This document shows positions 34,663 to 40,694 of a DNA stretch of 40,694 nucleotides, in pieces (the stretch's first letter is position 1; each line of letters opens with the position of its first letter). A program made the position numbers and the translations under genes. The notes below the pieces were generated by a model that made no database searches, was not told the DNA's origin, and was given only the letters and a program-made list of their open reading frames with translations. Location of the stretch: positions 1 through 40,694 of the forward strand of contig DATFNI010000285.1 of the NCBI GenBank assembly GCA_035266485.1, written 5' to 3'. The stretch is from Balneolales bacterium (GTDB taxonomy: Bacteria > Bacteroidota > Rhodothermia > Balneolales > DATFMH01).

Positions 34663-36655
34663 TTCTAAACAGTCGAAATATATCCGCTCCCGGATCTTTC
34701 TATTTGGATTAGCGCTGATACTGGGTGCCAGTACCAGTGGATTCGCACAGAATAATTCGAACAGCCGGTTTCTGCTTGCCAATCAGCTTATGCAGCAGGG
34801 AGAATACCAGCAGGCATATAGTATTCTTTCCCGGTTGTATCAACAAAATCCTCAATCCTATCCGGTTTATGATAAAACAGTAGAATGCCTGGTTCAGTTA
34901 AAACGCTATGACCAGGCCATTGATATAACGAAAGAGAGGCTCGGTAATCATTTTCAGGATGTCATTGCGGGTGTGCGTCTGGGCGAGTTATATCAACTGA
35001 AGGGCGACACTACCAAGAGCAATGATATCTGGCAAAGGGTCCTGGAAGCGAACAAAAAAAACAGCCAGGTTTATCGCTACCTGGCCCAGACGGAGCAGAA
35101 ATATCACAACTATGACAGGGCTGCTGAAATCTACAACCTGGCCCGTAAGCAACTGCACAATCCCAACCTCTTCCTGTTTGAATCCGCCAACAACTTTGTG
35201 ATGGCGGCTAATTACGAGAAAGCATCCAGACTCTATGTGCAGATTCTGAAGTCGAATCCCGACCAAATTGGTGCTGTTGAACAAGAGGTTTTAAAGGCGG
35301 ATGATCCCCAGTTATACGATTCTCTTATCCTTGATCTGAAAGATTTGGGTAATGCAACCGCTGTTCGGGGTCATCAGATGCAGATACAGGAATTTCTTAT
35401 CTGGCTGTATACTGAACGGAAATCTTACAAGGAAGCTTTGACGACGGCAGAAAGACTGGAGACGGGCCTGAATGGGAAAGGGTTTCCCGTGTACAGCCTC
35501 GGAAGGCATCTGGTGTCACTCGACAAATTTGAGCTCGCAAATGAAGCGTTCAAATGGTATAATCACCAGCAAGGCAATCCGCTGGCCGGAGACGCTCTTG
35601 AGCAACGAGCCCGTCTGTATGTACGCTGGGCCCGCTACCTGGAACAGTATCATCTGGCTCTCGAAAACCGAATCGATTCGCTGTATCATACATCGTACCT
35701 GTTATTCGAAGAGTTATCTCAAAGATATCCCGCTAAGACCAGTAAAACGGATCTTTTGGCTTTCGAAAGTGAGCTTGCCTTAAACCATATTCACAGTGTC
35801 ACGGCTGCCGAAAACAATCTCGGAGCGATGGAGCAATCTGTCAGAAACAATCATGACAGGGCACAACTCGATTATATCAAAGGCCGCATCCAGCTCTTCA
35901 AAGGTGACTTCAGCCAGGCCCGTATTTTCCTAACCCGAAGCAACAAGCTTGCAGGTAACGGGGAACTGGCCTCCAAAACGCGATATTATCTCAGTCTGGC
36001 TGATTTTTATGCCGGAGACTTCGAGTTTTCTAAAATACAGATGCATGCCCTGGAGCGTGATTATACGTCTCTGTACTCAAACGATGCACTCAAAATCCGG
36101 ATGTATATTCAGGATGGGATGGTTGGAGACTCGGTAACCGCTCCATTGCGGCAGTTTTCACATGCTATGTTTCTGTATGATACGGGGAAAAATGAGATTG
36201 CGGTCGACAGCCTTCTGCCTCATGTTGTTAATTATGAACGATTTGGTCTCAAAGACGACATGGTACTGTTGATCATAAAGGCATGGCGTGATTCGCATCC
36301 GCAACTCGCCTATTTACTTGTCGATCAGTTTTTACAGGATAACCCGACCGGTCCCCTTGCCGAACGGTTATATTGGGAACGTGCCCGCCTGGCCAATGTA
36401 CTTTACCAGGATCAAAAGAGTATTGGAAAATTTAATGTTGAAAACTTCAGCAAGAGTCATCAACATTTAGCGGATTCGCCGGAAATTATCGCTTATCTTA
36501 CCAATAACAACGAAATCAGGTTACAAAAAGCCAGCACGAAGGCGGGTGTGGTGAAAGCATATGAAGATCTGCTCATGCACTATCCCAAAGCTTTCTACGC
36601 AACCTACGCACGTAACAAGATTCATCAACTGCAAGCCAAGGCGGTCACATCATGA
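34655..36655 (+). CDS. Secreted tetratricopeptide-repeat (TPR) protein
   Basis: The ORF track starts at TTG 34619. I prefer ATG 34655 (MPDSKQSKYIRSRIFLFGLALILGASTSGFAQ, a clear signal peptide), which overlaps the maf stop by 8 nt. Repeated A/Y/L-rich 34-aa helical pairs run throughout. Confidence 0.75.
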   Translation: MPDSKQSKYIRSRIFLFGLALILGASTSGFAQNNSNSRFLLANQLMQQGEYQQAYSILSRLYQQNPQSYPVYDKTVECLVQLKRYDQAIDITKERLGNHFQDVIAGVRLGELYQLKGDTTKSNDIWQRVLEANKKNSQVYRYLAQTEQKYHNYDRAAEIYNLARKQLHNPNLFLFESANNFVMAANYEKASRLYVQILKSNPDQIGAVEQEVLKADDPQLYDSLILDLKDLGNATAVRGHQMQIQEFLIWLYTERKSYKEALTTAERLETGLNGKGFPVYSLGRHLVSLDKFELANEAFKWYNHQQGNPLAGDALEQRARLYVRWARYLEQYHLALENRIDSLYHTSYLLFEELSQRYPAKTSKTDLLAFESELALNHIHSVTAAENNLGAMEQSVRNNHDRAQLDYIKGRIQLFKGDFSQARIFLTRSNKLAGNGELASKTRYYLSLADFYAGDFEFSKIQMHALERDYTSLYSNDALKIRMYIQDGMVGDSVTAPLRQFSHAMFLYDTGKNEIAVDSLLPHVVNYERFGLKDDMVLLIIKAWRDSHPQLAYLLVDQFLQDNPTGPLAERLYWERARLANVLYQDQKSIGKFNVENFSKSHQHLADSPEIIAYLTNNNEIRLQKASTKAGVVKAYEDLLMHYPKAFYATYARNKIHQLQAKAVTS

Positions 36656-37926
36656 AATTATTTCGTTATATATCCGTCACCCTTCTGTTTGGTGCGGTAA
36701 CAATTTCGGCCGTATTTGCCCAAAAGGTTCTCATCCCGATGGACGGTACTCAAACAAACTGTCTCAAGGCATACGGCATCATCTACAATCACCTGAAAGA
36801 CGGATACCGGGCACAATGGCTGCTGAATTACCGGGGCGGCAGCTTCATGGTGGATGATGTGGACAGCGTGGAACAAAAATGTCTCGTACGCAATGTCGAA
36901 TACAAGCAGTTATCCGGGGGCCAGGCGGATGACATCATCAAACAGATTCAGCAACCGGACGTGAACATGTCGGTTATGCCGTTGATCAAGGCACCCAAAA
37001 TTGCCGTTTACACTCCCCCGTTTTCCAGGCCATGGGATGACGCCGTCACACTGGCATTGACCTATGCCGAAGTTCCTTATACAAAAATTTATGATGAGCA
37101 GGTGTTGAACGGCGACTTGTCAAAATACGACTGGCTACACCTCCATCACGAGGACTTCACCGGGCAGTACAGCAAGTTCTGGGCCTACTATCGCAATCAG
37201 CCATGGTACACTAAGGAAGTCCGCGATATGGAAGCCCTGGCACACAAACTGGGTTTCAAAAAAGTATCCAATGAAAAGAAGGCGGTGGCCGAGGCGATCA
37301 AACAATATGTTGGCAAAGGTGGTTACCTGTTTGCCATGTGCCTCGGAACAGAAACGTTCGACATTGCCCTCGCAGCCCAGGGAGTGGACATTGTTTCCAC
37401 ACCGTTCGACGGCGATCCCCCGGATCCGGATGCACAGCAAAAGCTTAACTTTAACAACACGCTGGCTTTCACAAATTTCAAGCTGGTCTTCGATCCGTAC
37501 AACCATGCTTTTTCAAATATCAATGTAGCTCCTAAAAATGTAGAGGACCAGAATCAGGCGCTCGACTACTTCACCCTCTTTCAGTTTTCTGCTAAATATG
37601 ATCCCGTACCTACCATGCTGACACAGGACCAGGTCAGCAGTATCAAAGGATTTATGGGTGAGACCACAGCCTTCCGGAAGAGTTTAATTAAGAGTGATGT
37701 GGTCATTCTGGCGCAAGTCCCCGGCAAGAATGAAGTAAAGTATTTGCATGGCAACTACGGAAAAGGGACCTTCACTTTTTATGGCGGACATGATCCGGAA
37801 GATTATATCCACCGCGTTGGTGATCCTCCTACCGATCTCAGCCTTCATCCCAATAGCCCGGGCTATCGTCTAATTCTGAATAATGTCCTGTTCCCTGCGG
37901 CAAAGAAAAAGAAACTGAAAACCTGA
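36652..37926 (+). CDS. Secreted conserved hypothetical protein, possibly class-I glutamine-amidotransferase-like fold
   Basis: 424 aa with signal peptide ...ISAVFAQ. Its ATG overlaps the TPR gene TGA (ATGA at 36652-36655). KIAVYTP...DWLHLHHEDF...GGYLFAMCLGTE resembles a GATase1/ThuA-type nucleophile elbow. The fold assignment is tentative. Confidence 0.6.
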   Translation: MKLFRYISVTLLFGAVTISAVFAQKVLIPMDGTQTNCLKAYGIIYNHLKDGYRAQWLLNYRGGSFMVDDVDSVEQKCLVRNVEYKQLSGGQADDIIKQIQQPDVNMSVMPLIKAPKIAVYTPPFSRPWDDAVTLALTYAEVPYTKIYDEQVLNGDLSKYDWLHLHHEDFTGQYSKFWAYYRNQPWYTKEVRDMEALAHKLGFKKVSNEKKAVAEAIKQYVGKGGYLFAMCLGTETFDIALAAQGVDIVSTPFDGDPPDPDAQQKLNFNNTLAFTNFKLVFDPYNHAFSNINVAPKNVEDQNQALDYFTLFQFSAKYDPVPTMLTQDQVSSIKGFMGETTAFRKSLIKSDVVILAQVPGKNEVKYLHGNYGKGTFTFYGGHDPEDYIHRVGDPPTDLSLHPNSPGYRLILNNVLFPAAKKKKLKT

Positions 37927-37940
37927 TACCTACTGGATAT

Positions 37941-38057
37941 TTAGAGATTAGAAATTGTGGCTTCCGGATAAATGAATCCATTATTCACAAAACGGTTAAA
38001 ACAAACCTGGTCTCGTCAATCTGATTCTCTAATTTCCAATTTCTTTTGTCTAATTTC
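37941..38057. repeat. Pair of inverted heptad-register repeats flanking about 70 bp
   Basis: TTAGAGA TTAGAAA TTGTGGC (37941-37961) faces TAATTTC CAATTTC TTTTGTC TAATTTC (38030-38057). TCTCTAA (38026-38032) is the reverse complement of TTAGAGA, and AGAAATTG (37950-37957) pairs with CAATTTCT (38037-38044). Confidence 0.5.
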
Positions 38058-38099
38058 TCTGACAATCACCGATCAACATAAATTGTGAGCCCACAATAC

Positions 38100-38888
38100 A
38101 TGAACAATACAATAAAACCAACGCGCTCTTTCGACGATCTGGTCAAGATAATGGATATTCTGCGTGTCGAATGTCCGTGGGACCGCAAGCAAACACACGA
38201 GTCACTCAAGGATTTGATGGTCGAGGAGTTGTATGAGGCTATAGACGCGATCGATCAGAAAGATTTCGACGAACTTCGCAAGGAGTTGGGAGACATCTTG
38301 CTGCATGTGGTTTTTCACTGTAGGATGGCTGATGAAAAGGATCAGTTTGATATCGGGGATGTGATTTACGGCATCCAGGAGAAACTCATCCGCCGCCATC
38401 CCCATGTCTTTGGTGATACGAAGGTGAACGGCAGTGCTGAGGTGACCCGGAACTGGGAAAGCATAAAGATGAAGGAAAAGGGCCGCGATTCCGTGCTTGG
38501 TGGTGTCCCGCGCACGCTGCCTGCCCTGTTGCGTGCCCAGCGCATGCAGGAGAAGGCCGCAGCCGTTGGATTCGACTGGCCGGAGCATGAGGATGTGTGG
38601 GCCAAGCTGGAGGAGGAACTCAGCGAATTCCGGGAAACTATTGAAGCAAATAACCGGGAAGAAAGCGAAAAGGAGTTTGGTGACATTCTCTTCTCATTAG
38701 TCAATGTCGGACGCTTTTGGTCGCTCAACTCCGAAGATTGCCTGCGATTGACCAATAATAAATTCCATGACCGTTTTCAGTATATCGAGAAAAAACTCAG
38801 CGAAGATGGAAAAACACCGACTGACGTTGACCTGGCTGAAATGGATCGTTACTGGGAAGAGGCAAAAACAGTAAACAGTAAACAGTAA
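38100..38888 (+). CDS. mazG: Nucleoside triphosphate pyrophosphohydrolase MazG
   Basis: FDDLVKIMDILRVECPWDRKQTHESLKDLMVEELYEAIDAI, ELGDILLHVVFH and a second EExxE/D module (EFGDILFSLVN). The start is ATG 38100 or the upstream GTG 38085 used by the ORF track. The stop codon lies inside the AACAGTA repeat. Confidence 0.9.
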   Translation: MNNTIKPTRSFDDLVKIMDILRVECPWDRKQTHESLKDLMVEELYEAIDAIDQKDFDELRKELGDILLHVVFHCRMADEKDQFDIGDVIYGIQEKLIRRHPHVFGDTKVNGSAEVTRNWESIKMKEKGRDSVLGGVPRTLPALLRAQRMQEKAAAVGFDWPEHEDVWAKLEEELSEFRETIEANNREESEKEFGDILFSLVNVGRFWSLNSEDCLRLTNNKFHDRFQYIEKKLSEDGKTPTDVDLAEMDRYWEEAKTVNSKQ

Positions 38889-38920
38889 ACAGTAAACAGT
38901 AAACAGTAAACAGTAAACAA
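38867..38920. repeat. Perfect heptanucleotide tandem repeat (AACAGTA) x 7.7
   Basis: Seven exact units (38867-38915) plus AACAA. It begins 20 nt before the end of mazG and encodes ...TVNSKQ-stop. Confidence 0.95.
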
Positions 38921-38997
38921 TTGTAAGTCTTTGTGTCGGTTAAACAAAAATTATTTCTGCTTTTTATCTTAAGCTTTTTGGTCAATTAATTGGTGGT

Positions 38998-40392
38998 ATG
39001 ATTATGAAATTCTTTGCCGGTTGTTTTTTGCTGGTGGTTCTCCTGGCGGCACCTCTGTTTACTTATGCGCAGGAATCCTTCCCGAATAAAGTGGTACAAA
39101 TTACCCGGTCTGATGCCGATCAGCCCAATGAGGTTTCGATAGCCATCAACCCTAAGAATCCGAACGAGATAACGGCCGTTTCCATGCAGCGCGATTATCC
39201 TGATGGACTGCGGGGTATTACGGACTATGCCTATGCCTCCTTCGATGGCGGGCAAACATGGACCACGCGCGTTATGCCCAATCCTGAACATCGGACACAG
39301 GGGGATGATGCTCTGACTTACAGTAATACCGGCAAAGGCATCGTTTATCACAGTTATATCTCGTTCAATCAGCTTCGCACTCCGCATCCGCTGCATGCCA
39401 GCAATGGCATTTTTATCAGCAGTTCCACGGATAATGGGATGAATTGGTCGACTCCCGTACCGGTCATTGATCATATCAATACCGTTGCCCCGTTCGAGGA
39501 CAAGCCATACCTGATAACGGACAACAATCCCGACTCACCATACTACAACAACCTGTATCTTACGTGGACCCAGTTCGATGTCTATGGCAGCCACAATCCA
39601 ACTGATTCCACCCAGATTTACTTCTCAAGATCAACCGATGGGGGGCGGAATTTCCTTATGCCGCAGCGGATATCCGACACAGGAGGCGATGCCATTGACA
39701 GCAGCAACACGGTGGAAGGAGCCGTTCCCTGTGTGGCTGAGAATGGCAATGTTTACGTTGTCTGGGCTGGTCCCAAAGGCTTACTATTTGATAAGTCCAC
39801 GGATGGCGGCCGGCACTTTGGCAAGAATAAGGTGATTGGCAACGTGGTCGGTGGATGGGATTTTCCAATTAAAGGGATCGATCGTGCCAACGGGATGCCC
39901 GTGACCGCTGTTGACAACAGCAGCGGTCGATACCACGGCTCGATATATGTGAACTGGGTCGACCAAAGGAACGGCGATCCCGATGTATTCATTAAATATT
40001 CCCGCGATGAAGGGAAATCGTGGTCGCATGCTATACGGGTCAACGATGATAAAGTCGGTAACGGGAAAGACCAGTTCTTCACCTGGATGGCTGTTGATCC
40101 GGTTGACGGATCGATCAACATCATCTTCTACGATCGCAGAAATTCGAATGACAACACAACGGCCTTAACCCTGGCAAGGAGTACCGACGGTGGGAAGACA
40201 TTCCGAAACTTCAAAGTCAATCTAAAGCCTTTTAAAACCTCGGCAAATGTCTTTTTTGGGGATTATAGCGGTATAGCCGCTTATGACGGACACGTTGTCC
40301 CCGTCTTCATGCATTTTACCAATAAGACCGACCTTGCCGTATCCGTGGCACTTTTCCACTTTCAGCCAGGGACTATGAAACCGATGAAATGA
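38998..40392 (+). CDS. Secreted BNR/Asp-box repeat beta-propeller protein (sialidase-like fold)
   Basis: 464 aa with signal peptide ...APLFTYAQ. There are six Asp-boxes: SFDGGQTW, STDNGMNW, STDGGRNF, STDGGRHF, SRDEGKSW and STDGGKTF. I saw no clear sialidase RIP motif. Confidence 0.85.
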   Translation: MIMKFFAGCFLLVVLLAAPLFTYAQESFPNKVVQITRSDADQPNEVSIAINPKNPNEITAVSMQRDYPDGLRGITDYAYASFDGGQTWTTRVMPNPEHRTQGDDALTYSNTGKGIVYHSYISFNQLRTPHPLHASNGIFISSSTDNGMNWSTPVPVIDHINTVAPFEDKPYLITDNNPDSPYYNNLYLTWTQFDVYGSHNPTDSTQIYFSRSTDGGRNFLMPQRISDTGGDAIDSSNTVEGAVPCVAENGNVYVVWAGPKGLLFDKSTDGGRHFGKNKVIGNVVGGWDFPIKGIDRANGMPVTAVDNSSGRYHGSIYVNWVDQRNGDPDVFIKYSRDEGKSWSHAIRVNDDKVGNGKDQFFTWMAVDPVDGSINIIFYDRRNSNDNTTALTLARSTDGGKTFRNFKVNLKPFKTSANVFFGDYSGIAAYDGHVVPVFMHFTNKTDLAVSVALFHFQPGTMKPMK

Positions 40393-40694
40393 CTCGTATC
40401 CGGCAAGTTCAGGAACGTGTTCTCCTCTCGTTACTCAGGAAGGCGGAACATACAACCTGGGGACATCGTCATCATTTCTATAAGATCAGGGATTACAATA
40501 GCTTCCGGTATCAGGTTCCTGTCAGTAACTATGAAACACTGAAACCCGCCATTGAAGAGATTAAAAACGGCGAAGCCGATATACTCTGGCCCGGGAAAGT
40601 GACGGATTTCGCTGTCTCTTCCGGTACGACGGGCGGTGGAAAGCACTTGCCTCTTAGCAGGGACAGGCTCAATTCAGATCGACGATTCATGCGG
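40389..40694 (+). CDS. GH3 (auxin-responsive-promoter) family acyl-adenylate-forming enzyme, N-terminal 102 codons (continues beyond window)
   Basis: Its ATG overlaps the BNR gene stop (ATGA at 40389-40392). The translation MTRIRQVQERVLLSLLRKAEHTTWGHRHHF...YETLKPAIEEIKNGEADILWPGKVTDFAVSSGTTGGGKHLPLS contains the GH3/ANL P-loop-like SSGTTxGxxKxxP. It is not in the ORF track because it has no stop in the window. Confidence 0.8.
   Translation, partial: MTRIRQVQERVLLSLLRKAEHTTWGHRHHFYKIRDYNSFRYQVPVSNYETLKPAIEEIKNGEADILWPGKVTDFAVSSGTTGGGKHLPLSRDRLNSDRRFMR

Noticed and set aside
1-40694. Scan for defence islands, toxin-antitoxin pairs, prophage or integrative elements, DGR/retron signatures and IS elements
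   Set aside because: No integrase, transposase, reverse transcriptase, helicase-nuclease pair, restriction-modification motif set or template/variable repeat pair was seen. The large antisense ORFs in the track all shadow well-supported genes.

Overview
This 40.7-kb window looks like chromosomal DNA from a Bacteroidota/FCB-group-like bacterium. The lineage call is an inference from gene content: two proteins end in type-A T9SS sorting domains (NYPNPFNP...GVYFYRL), and there is a 58-aa Hc1/histone-H1-like protein, a DUF3098 protein and a bacterial GH3-family gene. About 88% of the window is coding, and most of it is housekeeping. (1) A Pho-type phosphate-uptake locus (1-6512): partial pstS, pstC, pstA, pstB and phoU, then a second inverted pstS and an outer-membrane porin. 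TTAACA repeats at 11-bp phasing (PhoP/PhoB-type boxes) lie in front of pstC and of the porin. (2) Central and amino-acid metabolism (7317-17684): pgk, a NifS/IscS-type cysteine desulfurase, a 2-hydroxyacid dehydrogenase, a NAPE-PLD-like MBL hydrolase, a beta-hydroxyacid dehydrogenase, threonine aldolase, 3-hydroxybutyryl-CoA dehydrogenase and lysA. (3) An envelope-related run (17822-24804): a penicillin/AHL-acylase-family protein, a NagZ-like GH3 domain fused to a serine beta-lactamase-fold domain, a two-domain cytidine-deaminase-fold protein and an orphan protein. (4) A more accessory-looking, AT-rich stretch (24805-31372): the Hc1-like gene (missed by the ORF track), a small acidic ORF, a T9SS-secreted OB-fold plus EEP nuclease, a convergent 974-aa T9SS protein with two lamin-tail domains, and a 63-aa signal-peptide-plus-C-terminal-anchor miniprotein. 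(5) A DAACS transporter, DUF92, DUF3098, then maf, a TPR protein, a secreted orphan, mazG, a BNR/Asp-box propeller protein and a partial GH3-family gene. I saw no rRNA, tRNA, CRISPR array, transposase, integrase, reverse transcriptase or recognisable defence-system hallmark, and I cannot point to a clearly novel multi-gene system. The leads most worth checking are the nuclease / lamin-tail-domain / miniprotein cluster, the inverted pstS pair with the Pho boxes, two families of intergenic repeats (GTCATTC-type palindromic elements and 7-bp-periodic repeats, one of which supplies the mazG stop codon), and an 0.8-kb gene-free spacer containing a 117-nt GC-rich hairpin. Every functional call rests on motif recognition by eye; no database search was run.
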